A stretch of DNA of 61,867 bases, counting the filler, from Chiloscyllium plagiosum (taxonomy: Eukaryota): assembly GCF_004010195.1 (NCBI RefSeq). It is 5 parts of one record of this genome, joined end to end, with 100 filler letters (N's around TTAATTAATTAA, not from the genome) between each part and the next. Parts side by side here need not be neighbours in the genome. Positions count along the whole stretch, not along the records: positions 25,684 to 39,194 come from NC_057714.1; positions 39,295 to 48,855 come from NC_057714.1; positions 48,956 to 55,759 come from NC_057714.1; 2 more parts are not named here. One strand, given 5' to 3'. Both the position numbers and the translations under genes were made by a program. The notes under the pieces are model-generated. The model was given only the letters and a program-made list of their open reading frames with translations. It was not told the DNA's origin and made no database searches. Positions 38,734-49,942 of the stretch are shown piece by piece. Within the stretch, counting starts at the first letter, position 1; every line of letters begins with the position of its first letter.

Positions 38734-39113
38734 GTTATTCTTAACTAGATGTATTAGATGGGGTAAAAACAATGACTGCAGATGCTGGAAACCAGATTCT
38801 GGATCAGTGGTGCTGGAAGAGCACAGCAATTCAGGCAGCATCCGACGAGCAGCAAAATCGACGTTTCGGGCAAAAGCCCTTCATTAGGAATAAAGGCAGA
38901 GAGCTTGAAGCGTGGAGAGATAAGTTATTCTTAACTAGATGTATTAGATGGGGTAAAAACAATGACTGCAGATGCTGGAAACCAGATTCTGGATCAGTGG
39001 TGCTGGAAGAGCACAGCAATTCAGGCAGCATCCGACGAGCAGCAAAATCGACGTTTCGGGCAAAAGCCCTTCATTAGGAATAAAGGCAGAGAGCTTGAAG
39101 CGTGGAGAGATAA
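38734..39113. repeat. Exact 190-bp tandem duplication spanning a flank/PLE junction
   Basis: 38734-38923 = 38924-39113 (period 190, also visible as duplicated ORFs at 38772 and 38962). Confidence 0.95.
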
Positions 39114-39194
39114 ACTAGAGGAGGGTGGGGGTGGGCAGAAAGTAGCATAGAGTACAATCGGTGAGTGGGGGAGGGGATGAAGGTGATAGGTCAG
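38950..39194 (-). mobile_element. PLE 3' terminal region (family B), cut by segment end
   Basis: Matches 39295-39452 and 61699-61867; hammerhead core mutated to CTAATGA. Confidence 0.85.
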
Positions 39195-39294
39195 NNNNNN
39201 NNNNNNNNNNNNNNNNNNNNNNNNNNNNNNNNNNNNNNTTAATTAATTAANNNNNNNNNNNNNNNNNNNNNNNNNNNNNNNNNNNNNNNNNNNN
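39195..39294. other. Artificial segment linker
   Basis: N44-TTAATTAATTAA-N44. Confidence 0.98.
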
Positions 39295-39452
39295 CTATTC
39301 TACTTTTTCCCCACCCCCACCCTCCTCTAGCTTATCTCTCCACGCTTCAGGCTCTCTGCCTTTATTCCTGATGAAGGGCTTTTGCCCGAAACGTCGATTT
39401 TGCCTGTCCTCGGATGCTGCCTGAATTGCTGTGCTCTTCCAGCACCACTGAT
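39295..39452 (+). mobile_element. PLE 3' terminal region (family B) with intact hammerhead core at 39368-39395
   Basis: attc-CTGATGA-a-gggc(tttt)gccc-GAAA-cGTC-gatt. Confidence 0.85.
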
Positions 39453-39454
39453 CT

Positions 39455-42068
39455 AGGATAGAAAGGGGGGCAAGAGAGGAGGGGGAGTGGTGTTTTTGAT
39501 AAGAGATAGCATTACAGCTGTACTGAGGGAGGATATTCCTGGGAATACATCCAGGGAAGTTATTTGGCTGGAACTGAGAAATAAGAAAGGGATGATCACC
39601 TTATTGGGATTGTGTTTTCGACCCCCTAATAGTCAGCGGGAAATTGAGAAAAACATTTGTAAGGAGATTCCAGTTATCTGTAATTGGGTGGTTATGGTAG
39701 GGAATTTTAACTTTCCAAACATAGGCAGAGAATGCCATAGTGTTAAGACTTTAGATGGAGGGGAATTTGTTAAGCACGTACAAGAAAATTTTCTGATTCA
39801 GTAATGGGGACATACCTACTAGAGAAGGTATAAAACTTAGAGTCATACAGCACAGAAACAGACCCTTCGGTCCAAGTCATCAATGCCAACCAGATATCCC
39901 AATCCAATATGATTAGATTAGGTTCCCTACAGTGTGGAAACAGGCCCTTTGGTCCAACCAGTCCACACCAACCCTCCGAAGAGTAACCCACCCAGACCCA
40001 TTTCCCTCTGACTAATGCACCTAACACTACGGGCAATTTAGCATGGCCAATTCACCTGACCTGCACATTTTTGGACTGTGGGAGGAAACCGGAGCACCCG
40101 GAGGAAACCCACGCAGACACAGGGAGATTGTGCAGACAGTCACCCAAGGCTGGAATCGAACCTGGGATCCTGGTGCTGTGAGGCTGCAGTACTAACCACT
40201 GAGCCATCGTGCCGCCCACCTGCCAGCACCCGGCCCACATCCTTCCAAACCCTTCCTATTCATTTACACATCCAGATGCCTTTTAAATGTTGCATTGGAA
40301 TAGCCTCCGCCACTTCCTCTGACAGCTCATTCCATACACGTACCACCCTCTGTGTGAAAATGTTGCCCCTTGGGTCTCTTTTATATGTTTCCTCTCTCAC
40401 CCTAAACGTATGCCGTCTAGTCCTGGGCTCCCCCATCCCAGAGAAAGGACTTTGTCTACTTATCCTATCCATGCCTCTCATGATTTTATAAACCTCTATA
40501 AGGTCACTCCTCAGCCTCCGATGCTCCAGGGAAAACAGCCCTAGCCTATTCAACCTCTCCTTATAGCTCAAATCCTCCAACCCTGGCAACATCCTTGTCA
40601 ATCTTTTCTGAACCCTTTCAAGTTTCACAACATCTTTCCAATAGGAAGGAGACCAGAATTGCACACAATATTCCAACAGTGGCCTAACCAATGTCCTGTA
40701 CAGCCGCAACATGATCTCCCAACACCTGCACTCAATACACACATTTAACTAAATTACACTCCATCTGCCACTTCTCAGCCCATTGGCCCATCTGATCAAG
40801 ATCCCATTGTCATCTTAGGTAACCTTCACTGTCCACTACACCTCCAATTTTGGTGTCATGTGCAAACTTACTAACTATACGTCTTATGCTCACATCCAAA
40901 TGATTTATATAAATGATGGAAAGTAGAGGGCCCAGCACCGATCCTTGTGGAATTCCATTGGTCACAGGCCTCCATTCTGAAAAACAATCACCACCCCGTC
41001 TTCTACCTTTGAGCCAGTTCTGTATCCAAATGGCTAGTTCTCCCTGTATTCCATGAGATCTAACCTTGCTTATCAGTCACCCATGGGGAACCTTGTCGAA
41101 CGCCTTACTGAAGTCCATATAGATCACATCTACTGCTCTCCCCTCATCAATTCCCCCGCACAAAACCATGTTGACTATTCCTAATCAGTCCTTGCCTTTC
41201 TAAAGACAGGTACATCCTGTCCCTCAGGATTCCTTCTAACAACATGCCCACCACCGACGTCAGGCTCACTGGTCTATAGTTCCCTGGCTTGGCCTTACCA
41301 CCCTTCTTAAACAATGGCACCACATTAGCCAACCTGCAGTCTTCCGGCACCTCTGATGGGCCAAAGGGCTGAGGAGTGGCAGATGGAGTTTACTTTAGAT
41401 AGATGTGAGGTGCTCCATTTTGGAAAAGCAAATCCGAGCAAGTCTTACACACTTCATGGTAAGCTCCGAGTGAGTGTTGCAGAGCACTCAGTGTAGGATT
41501 TGGGAGGTCATGTTGCAGCTGTATAGGACATTGATTAGGCCACTTTTGGAATATTGCGTGGAATTCTGGTCTCCTTCCTATCGGAAGGATGTTGTGAAAT
41601 TTGAAATAGTTCGGAAAACATTTACAACAATGTTGCCAGGGTTGGAGAATTTGAGCTAAAAGAAGAGGCTGAGTAGGCTGGGGCTGTTTTCCCTGGAGCG
41701 TTGGAGGCTGAAGGGTGACCTTATGAAAGTTGATAAGATCATGAGAGGCATGGATAAGATAAATCGGAAAGGTCTTTTTCCTGGGGTGGGGGAGTCCAGT
41801 ACAGATTTAGGGTGAGAGGGGAAAGATATAAAAGGGACCTAAAGGGTAACTTTTCCACACAGAGGGTTGTATGTGTATGGAATGAGCTGCTAGAGGAAGT
41901 GGTGGAGACTAGTACAATTCCAACATTCAAGGTATATGAATTGGAAGGGTTTAGAGGGATATGGGCCAAGTGCTGGTAAATGGGACTAGATTAGGTTAGG
42001 ATATCTGGTTGGCATGGACATGTTGTACTGAAAGGTCTGTTTCCATGCTGTGCATCTCTATGACTCTA
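39455..42068. mobile_element. Nested CR1 LINE cluster (plus 39455-39838, minus 39839-41352, plus 41356-42068)
   Basis: Endonuclease motifs (FRPPNSQ, GNFNFPNI) on plus; RT motifs (NYRPVSLTS, LLEYCVQFWSP) on minus and again on plus. Confidence 0.88.
39911..40217 (-). mobile_element. HE1-like V-SINE nested in a CR1 3' end
   Basis: Reverse complement starts gggcggcacgatggctcagtggttagtactgcagcctcacagc; (taatc)n-type tail. Confidence 0.9.
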
Positions 42069-43077
42069 TAACAGTATTTGACCTGCAAGAGGCAGTGCGC
42101 ATGGCAGTTTTTCTCAGCAGATCTCTGTGCTATGATGATAATTCTGCTGGTCTTGAATGCCTATGCATTCCCTTGAAAAGCTGATGCACACAGTGAAAGT
42201 TTCCCTCCAGAGATCTGTGAATAATCATTGATTCCATACTTTTACTCTCTATATAAATGTGGATTGATGTGTGCTAGCTGGCCTCTAGCATAATCCCTGC
42301 ACATTGTGTTTAGATTCAGGGTTGTCCACAATATAATACAATACCTTAGCTGTAGTCATCAATGTTGTGGTTCAGGGATTCCTGACATCTGAACCTGCTT
42401 GCAATTGCTTATGAGAGATGAGCAATGTTGGGGTGTCTGACAGATGAGAAGCTCATCTCTCACAAGAATGTGACTTAACCAGGTCCAACAGCAAAAATTA
42501 CATTAGAACAGAAACTGTGATAGTGTAGATGAGGATTTATTGGAAAAGTTATTGATTATTTACAATGATGTTTCACCTGCACGATATTTATTCCACCAAG
42601 TGGTTATTTTTCTCCTGTGCCCCCTACTATGTCCAAATGTAATCCCAATTTCCACAGCTAGAGTGGAGGGAGCCTGCATTGTGTTTGGCCCTGTTGGCCT
42701 GGAAGAGTGGGCAGTCATCCACTATAACTTTTGGGCCTGGATGGCCAAGAGACTCTTGACCAGAAGCAAGATCACCTTCTGCAGTTTGAACTGTTGAAGG
42801 CTTTGGGATCATAGTCAGGTGGGGGATAGAGGAGCTGGACAACTCCGACCATCCTGAGGAGAGGCTTCTGAGGCCTGTTTGTCACTCCTCCCTATGGGTG
42901 CTTGCTGCTAGCACCACTCTATTTTCCTGAAGGAACTGGGGTCTGGAGTGAGTTTGAGGTTCCTTGTCCCCTTCTTGTATTGCCAGCAATGCTGAGCACA
43001 AATGGCAGCAGCAATGCAGTGCAGGTCTGTGCACATATTCAGCTGAATATGCTGAACTTGGCTCTTCATGACTGTCA

Positions 43078-43163
43078 AATATGTTGCTGGAAAACGCAGC
43101 AGGTCAGGCAGCATCCAAGGAGCAGGAGAATCGACGTTTCGGGCATAAGCCCTTCTTCAGGAC
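43078..43163 (-). mobile_element. Short PLE pseudo-LTR fragment with intact hammerhead core
   Basis: Reverse complement cCTGAAGAagggcttatgcccGAAAcGTCgattctcc. Confidence 0.85.
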
Positions 43164-43489
43164 TGTCACCAATTTGACCATAGGGACAACTAGTTACATG
43201 CATGCCAGAGCCAGCAGGGTACTGGTAATATTGATGCAGTCCTCCATATTTTGAATTTTGATCCAGTTTACTAAGTGTATCTGACACACCCACCTTCGGC
43301 TCTTGGTCCTGAGTCTGCCTGTACATTTGGACAAAATCATTAATGGCAGGGACTATAGGATCATCTTCTGTCTGGGTCTGAACATGAGCCTGGTCTCCGC
43401 AGTCCTCTGACAGCTAAACACCTAGGGCATATTTTTTCACGACCAGCTCTGTAGATCTGTCAGTGATGGGCAGCAGGTCTGTGTCAGAA

Positions 43490-43750
43490 ATGTTGACCAG
43501 GGTACACAGTAGTGCTAAAGTGGCAGGTGACTGGAAGCTCAAGGTCATTTTTGCATCAGAACATATGTGTTCAGCAAAGCAGTCACCCAGTCTACATTTC
43601 ATCTCTCCAGTGTAGAGCAGGCCACAGTGTGAACGTGGAATACAGTAGGCTAGATTAAAAGAAGTGCCAGTAAATCACTGCTTGAATTACAAGAACAATG
43701 TCTCATATTCCACTTAGTGACCTTGCAGCCTCTATGACTCAACATCGATT
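43490..43750. mobile_element. Degraded PLE GIY-YIG fragments
   Basis: Minus strand reads ...YTGEMKCRLGDCFAEH...; plus strand reads ...LELQEQCLIFHL.TLQP...LNID. Confidence 0.6.
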
Positions 43751-43899
43751 TGGTAGTCATTATAATGAGGTCAGCCAGGTGGACTCATAAAATTGAGTTA
43801 GGGAACTGGAGCTGGAGCTGGAGCTGGATGAACTTTGGATCATCCAGGATGCTGAGGAAGAAATTGAGAGGATGTACAGGGGGGTGGTCACTCCCCACA

Positions 43900-44619
43900 C
43901 ACAGGGATACGGACAGCTGGGTTACAGTCAGGGGGATGAAAGGGAACCAACGTTCAGAGCAGGGATCCCTTATGGCCATTCCCCTCAGCAACAAGTACAC
44001 AGTTTTGGATACTGCTAGTGGGAACGGCCTACCAGGGGAAAGCCACAATTGTCAGGTCTCTGGCACTGAGCCTGGCACTGTGGCTCAGAAGGGAAGGGGG
44101 GAGAATAGAAAAGCACTAGTGGTAGGGGACTCAATAGTTAGACGGATTGACAGGAGATTTTGTGGTCAGGAACGGGACTCCCGGAAAGTATGTTGCCTCC
44201 CTGGTGCCAGGGTCCAGGATGTTGCCGATCGGGTTTGCAGGACTCTGAAGGGGGAGGGTGAGCAGACAGAAATCATGGGACATATTGGCACAAATGATTT
44301 AGCCAGGAAAGGGATTGAAGATCTGAAAAGTGACTACAGAGAGTTAGGTTGGAAGCTGAAGAGCAGGACGAGTAGAGTTGTGATCTCAGGTTTTCTACTG
44401 GTGCCACGAGATAGTGAAGTGAGGAACAGACAGCGAATGCAGCTTAACACGTGGCTGCGAGTCTGGTGCAGGAGGGAGGGCTTCAGATGCGTAGACCATT
44501 GGGATACCTTCTGGGGAAGGTGGGACCTGGACATGAAGGACAGGTTGCATCTGAACTGGAGGGGCACAAATGTCCTGGGTGGGAGATTTGCTTGTGTGAT
44601 TCAGGAGGGTTTAAGCTAG
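43900..44619 (+). pseudogene. CR1 ORF1 SGNH/GDSL esterase domain (still open)
   Basis: Blocks ALVVGDSIVR, CLPGARVQDV, HIGTNDL, DRLHLN; an ORF1 esterase is an established feature of vertebrate CR1. Confidence 0.88.
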
Positions 44620-45744
44620 ATTGGCAGGGTGGGAATCAGAGCCACATATCTGAGAGGGGGACAGTTGCAGATAGGGCAGTGACAGGATGTAGAGAATCTA
44701 TTGGGAAGGTTTCTCATGTGATGAAACAGAGGGATTGGTTAAAGTGTGTCTGCTTCAATGCAAGGAGTGTCAGAAATAAGAGTGACAAACTTAGAGCATG
44801 GATCAGTACTTGGGGATATGATGTTGTGGCCATAACGGAGACATGGGTTTCACAGGGGCAGGAATGGTTGCTTGATGTTCCAGGGTTTAGAATGTTTAAA
44901 AAGAACAGGAGGGTGGAAAAGAAGGAGGGGGTGTAGCATTGCTAATCAGAGATGCATCACAGCTATAGAAACAAAGGTTGTCGAGGAAGGTCTGTCTGCT
45001 GAGTCAGTATGGGTGGGAGTTAGGAACAGCAAGGGAGCAGCCACCTCATTGAGGGTTTTCTACAGACCACCTAATAGCAGTAGAGAGATTGAAGAACAAA
45101 TAGGCGGGCAGATTCTGGAAAATTGCAGAGGTAGCAGGGTTGTAGTTATGGGTGATTTCAATTTTCCCAATATCGACTGGAACCTCCTAAGTGCAGACGG
45201 TTTGGATGGAGCCATTTTTGTCAGGTGTTTTCAGGAGGGTTTCCTTACTCAGTATGTAGATAGACCAACGAGGGGAGAGGCCAGTTTGGATTTGATGCTC
45301 GGCAATGAGCCAGGACGGGTATCACAACTGCCTCACATTCTCCATAGCTCTAGAGAGGGAAAGGAGCAGTTACCGAGGGAAGATATTTAATTGGGGAAAA
45401 GGAAATTATGACGCTATCAGACAGGAGTTGGGAAGTACAGACTGGGAGCAATTGTTCCACAGAAAGGGCACAACAAACATGTGGAGACTATTTAAGGAGC
45501 AGTTGTTGCGAGGGATGCGTGAATTTATTCCTCTGAGACAGGAATGTTGGAAGATGAGAACAGAGATGCTTCTCGTCAAAAGGAAGAAGGCAGCTTACAT
45601 AAGGTGGAGGAAGCAAGGATCTAGCACAGCTTTGAAGGATTACAGGCTTAGAAGCTCAGAAACGGACTGAGGAGAGCCAAGAGGGGGCAGGAAAAAGGCT
45701 TGGCAGGAAGGATTAGAGAGAACCCAAAGGCATTTTACTCATAC

Positions 45745-46073
45745 TTTGTGGGCGGCACGGTGGCACAGTGGTTAGCACTGCTGCCTCACAGCGCCAGAGA
45801 CCCGGGTTCAACTCCCGCCTCAGGCGACTCTCTGTGTGGAGTTTGCACATTCTCCCCGTGTCTGCGTGGGTTTCCTCCAGGTGCTCCGGCTTCCTCCCAC
45901 AATCCAAAAACGTGCAGGTTAGGTGAATTGGCCATGCTAAATTGCCCGTAGTGTTAGGTGAAGGGGTAAATGTAGGAGTATGGGTCTGGGTGGTATACGC
46001 TTCGGCGGGCAGGTGTGGACTTGTTGGGCCGAAGGGCCTGTTTCCACACTGTAAGTAATCTAATCTAATCTAA
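45745..46073 (+). mobile_element. Full-length HE1-like V-SINE inserted in CR1 ORF2
   Basis: tRNA head with A/B boxes (tggcacagtgg; ggttcaactcc), V-domain, CR1-like tail gggccgaagggcctgtt, (taatc)n; TSD tcatac at 45739-45744 and 46074-46079. Confidence 0.95.
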
Positions 46074-47843
46074 TCATACGTGAGGAATAAGAGAATGATC
46101 AGCGAGAAGGTAGGGCCGATCAGGGATAGCGTAGGGAACCTGTGCATGGAGTCTGAGCAGATAGGGGAAGCCCTGAATGAGTTTTTTGCTTCAGTCTTCT
46201 CTAAGGAAAGGGACCTTGTTGTGAACAAGAACTTTGAGGAGCTGGGATACAGGTTTGACCAGATCAAGATTGATGAAGTTGATGTGCTGGAAATTTTGGA
46301 AAACATTAAGACTGATAAGTCCCCAGGGCCAGACCAGATTTATCCTAGGTTGCTCCGGGAAGCAAGAAAGGAGGTTGCTAAGCCGCTGGCGAAGATCTTT
46401 GCATCCTCACTCTCCATGGGAGTCATACCGGAGGATTAGAAGGAGGTGAATGTTGTTCCTCTTTTCAAAAAGGGTAATAGGGAAATCCCTGGCAATTACA
46501 GACCAGTCAGTCTTACGTCTGTGGTCAGCAAAGTTTTGGAAAGAATTCTGAGGGATAGGATTTATGACTATTTGGCAAAGCATACCGTGATTACAGACAG
46601 TCAGCATGGCTTTGTGAGGGGCAGGTCATGCCTTATTGAGTTCTTCAGGGAGGTGACAAGACAGGTCGACAAAGGTTGAGCAGTGGATGTGGTGTATATA
46701 GACTTCAGCACAGCATTTGATAAGATTCCCCATGGTAAGCTCATTCATAAAGTCAAGAAGTATGGGATACAGGGAGATTTAGCTACCTGGATTCAGAATT
46801 GGCTGGCTTACAGAAGGCAGAGAGTGGTTGTAGATGGAAAGTATCCTGCTGGAGGTCAGTGCTGAGTGGGGTCCCGCAGTGCTCTGTTCTTGGGCTTCTG
46901 CTCTTTGTAGGTTTTATAAATGACTTGGACGAGGAGGTTGAGGGTTGGGTTAGTAAATTTGCAGATGACACAAAAGGTGTCGTCGATAGTATCGAGGGCT
47001 ATTGCAGGCTGCAGTGAGACATAGACAGGATGCAGAGCTGGGCTGAGAAATGGCAGATGGAGTTCAACCTGGATAAATGCAAACACGAATGCTGAATATA
47101 GGATTAAAGACAGGATTCTTGGTAGCATGGAGGAACAGAGGGATCTGGGTGTGTAAGTACGTAGATCCCTCAAAGTTGCCACCCAAGTGGATAGGGTTGT
47201 TAAGAAAGCATAATGTGTTTTGGCTTTCATTAACAGGGGGATCCAATTTAAGAGCCGCCAGGTTTTGCTGCAGCTCTACAAGTCCCTGGTGAGACCACAC
47301 TTGGAATATTGTGTCCAGTTCTGGTCGCCCTACTACAGGAAAGATCCGGAGGCTTTGGAGAGGGTGCAAAGAAGGTTACTGGGATGCTGCCAGGACTGGA
47401 GGGCCTGCCTTATGAAGAAAGGTTGAATAAGCTTGGACTTTTCTCTCTAGAGAGAAGGGGGAAGAGAGGAGACCTGTTCAAAGTATACAAGATAATTAGA
47501 GGAATAGAAAGAGTCAATAGCCAGAGACACTTCTCCAGGGCAGGATTGACGGGTTCGAGGGGTCATAGTTTTAAGATATTAGGGGAAAGGTAAAGAAGAG
47601 ACGTCAGAGGTAGGTTCTTTACGCAGAGAGTTGTGAATGCATGGAATGCGTTGCCAGCTGTGGTGGTGGAAGCAGAGTCATTAGGGGCATTTCAGTGATT
47701 GCTGAACAGGCACATGAAGAGAAGTGGGTTGAGGGGTGCGTAGGTTAAGTTATTATATTTGACATTAGGATTAAACCTCGGCACAACAGCGTGGGCCAAA
47801 GGGCCTGTTTTATGCTGTATATTTCTATGTTCTATGTTCTATG

Positions 47844-47915
47844 AGTTCCCTGATTGGGGTTGTTAGTCTGGTGCAATCAGGGAAGCCTGGCTAACAGATA
47901 AAAACAGGAGTGTTA
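47844..47915 (+). promoter_or_regulatory. Promoter/LTR-like segment used as Tx1 insertion target
   Basis: Perfect 11-bp inverted repeat ttccctgattg/caatcagggaa (47846-47856, 47874-47884) holding CCAAT-like boxes, then TATA-like gataaaaa. LTR origin is inferred. Confidence 0.45.
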
Positions 47916-48401
47916 GGGCAGGTCTGAAGACCTCCTCGTGGGTCTGCTCCTGGGCCTGGCCAAACTGGCCATTAACAGGTCCAGGCAGCGGGCCGTGCAG
48001 GGGGTCGTTAGGGCCGACTGCCTGCCCCTCTTCCGCGGTTACGTTAGGGCCCGGGTGTCCTTGGAGAAGGAGCACGCGGTGTCCACCAACACCCTGGAGT
48101 TGTTCAGGGAGAGGTGGGCGCCGCAGGGAGTGGAGTGCATCATTTCTCCCTCCAATTCTATTTTGATTTAGTCCCTACCCTCCCCTTCCCTGTTTTGATC
48201 ACACAGCACTGTCCCTTGATGTGAAGGGCAGTGTTTGTCACTGGCCACTTGGGTGTTTTCCAATCTTCCTGGTGGTGGAAATTGAATAAAGATTCGTGCA
48301 CTTTGTGTCTCTCCACTGCACACACACACAAAATGGGTGCTAGGGATACAATAAGCACTACCGCACTTAAGTGGTAGTGTGGAAAAAAAAAATTAAAAAA
48401 A
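47916..48401 (+). mobile_element. 5'-truncated Tx1-clade non-LTR retrotransposon (ORF2 C-terminus, 3' UTR, A-rich tail)
   Basis: GRSEDLLVGLLLGLAKLAINRSR...LFRGYVRARVSLEKEH...FRERWA (stop at 48171) is the Tx1/L1-type ORF2 C-terminus; AATAAA; A-tail at 48383-48401. Confidence 0.85.
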
Positions 48402-48410
48402 CAGGAGTGT

Positions 48411-48537
48411 TACCTGGTTGGTCCTGCCAGTAGCATATGCTTGTCTCAAAGATTAAGCCATGCATGTCTAAGTACTCACGGACGGTACAGTGAAACTGCC
48501 AATGGCTCATTAAATCAGTTATGGTTCCTTTGATCGC
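48411..48537 (+). pseudogene. 18S rRNA 5'-terminal fragment (127 nt, retrocopied)
   Basis: TACCTGGTTG(g)TCCTGCCAGTAGCATATGCTTGTCTCAAAGATTAAGCCATGCATGTCTAAGTA...TTCCTTTGATCGC begins at nucleotide 1 of mature 18S; substitutions at conserved sites; no ETS upstream and no continuation downstream. Confidence 0.95.
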
Positions 48538-48855
48538 CCGTGGCTGTCGGAGGGGAGGGCCGTGGCGGCGAGGGTGACCAGGGTCGGGGACGTGCTGGGT
48601 GCCGGGGGCCTGGGCTGGACGCTGCTGCAGGACATAGCAGGCAGGGCAGCGGTAGACGTCCGGTACGTGGCCACCGCCATCCGACGCCTCAAAACGGCGG
48701 TGCTCGGACCCGACGTAGTACACCAGTTGGAGGACGCTCAGGTGTGCGGTGGGATCCCGTCCGAGCTCACCCCAGCCCGGACGGAATTTCACATTGGCCC
48801 CAAGGTCCCGTACTTCCCGCGGGAGCCTGTGCCCCACAACCTGAGCCGCCTCCGA
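48538..48855 (+). mobile_element. Second 5'-truncated Tx1-clade copy (ORF2 post-RT region), cut by segment end
   Basis: Open GC-rich frame ...ARVTRVGDVL...GW...IGPK...EPVPHNLSRL resembling vertebrate Tx1 ORF2; no overlap with the first copy, so same-family identity cannot be proven here. Confidence 0.7.
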
Positions 48856-48955
48856 NNNNNNNNNNNNNNNNNNNNNNNNNNNNNNNNNNNNNNNNNNNNT
48901 TAATTAATTAANNNNNNNNNNNNNNNNNNNNNNNNNNNNNNNNNNNNNNNNNNNN
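48856..48955. other. Artificial segment linker
   Basis: N44-TTAATTAATTAA-N44. Confidence 0.98.
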
Positions 48956-49942
48956 GAGGGAGGGGATGGTACACACTGCTGTTACTGAGTGTCGGTGGGG
49001 GGGAGGGAGGGGGTGTTTGTGGATGTGGTGCCAATCAAGCGGCTGCTTTGTCCTGGATGGTGTTGAGCTTCTTGAGTGTTGTTCGAGCTGCCCCCATCTT
49101 TTATCTTTTATCTTGGCCTGCTGGACACACTTTCCTCATTCCTGAAGAAGGGCTTGTGCCTGAAACGTCGATTCTCCTGCTCATTGGATGCTGCCTGACC
49201 TGCTGCGCTTTTCCAGCAACACATTTTCAGCTCTGATCTCCAGCATCTGCAGCCCTCACTTTCTCCACTCCTGACTTGTACCTTGTAGATGGTGGACAGG
49301 CTTTGGGGAGTCAGGAGGTGGGTTACTCACTGCAGTATTCCCAGCCTCTGACCTGCTCTTATAGCCGCTGTGTTTATGGGGTGATTCCAATTGAATTTCT
49401 GGTCAATTGTAACCCCAAAGATGTTGATAGTGGGGGATTTAGCCCAATGGCAGTGGCTAGATTCTTTCCCATTGGAGGTGGTCATTGTCTAACCAGTGTG
49501 AATGATTTTTGTCAGCTCAAGTGTGGATATTCTCCTGCAGAGATGTCCTGGAGCTGAGGTGACTGACCTCCAACAACCATCACCATCCTCCTATGGGCCA
49601 GGTATGACTCTAACCAGTGGAGAGATTGCCCCCTGATACCCATTGATTCCAGTTTTGCCCGGGCTCCTTGATGCCACACTCAGTCGAATGCAGCCTTGAT
49701 GTCAAGAGCTGTCCCTCTCCCCTCCCCTCTGGAATCCAGCTCTTTTGTCCATGTTTGACCCAAGGCTGTAATGAGGTCAGGAGCTGAGTGACCCTGGGGG
49801 AACCCAAACTGGGTGTCACTGTTACTGACCCCTTCCATCACTTTACTGAGAATCGAGGGGAGACTGATGGGACAGTAACTGGCTGGGTTGGATCTGTCCT
49901 GCTTTTTATGTACAGGACATACCTGGGCAATGTCCCACATTG
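48956..49942 (-). mobile_element. CR1/L2-group LINE RT fragment with nested PLE pseudo-LTR (~49100-49266, plus)
   Basis: WDIAQVCPVHKKQDRSNPASYCPISLPSILSKVME...QFGF...ALDIKAAFD RT motifs. Confidence 0.85.

Larger units (their letters stand above)
43780..47843 (+). mobile_element. Near-full-length CR1 LINE (ORF1 esterase + disrupted ORF2 endonuclease/RT)
   Basis: ORF2 motifs [58 protein letters not shown] with stops and frameshifts; (ttctatg)n tail ending at 47843. Confidence 0.95.

Noticed and set aside
42540..43070. Short ORFs as a host gene
   Set aside because: No recognisable domain or splice structure; possibly an old TE remnant.
48411..48537. Functional rDNA unit, or Tx1 inserted into an 18S gene
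   Set aside because: Only 127 nt, no ETS upstream, mutations at conserved positions, and the upstream neighbour is the duplicated target sequence.
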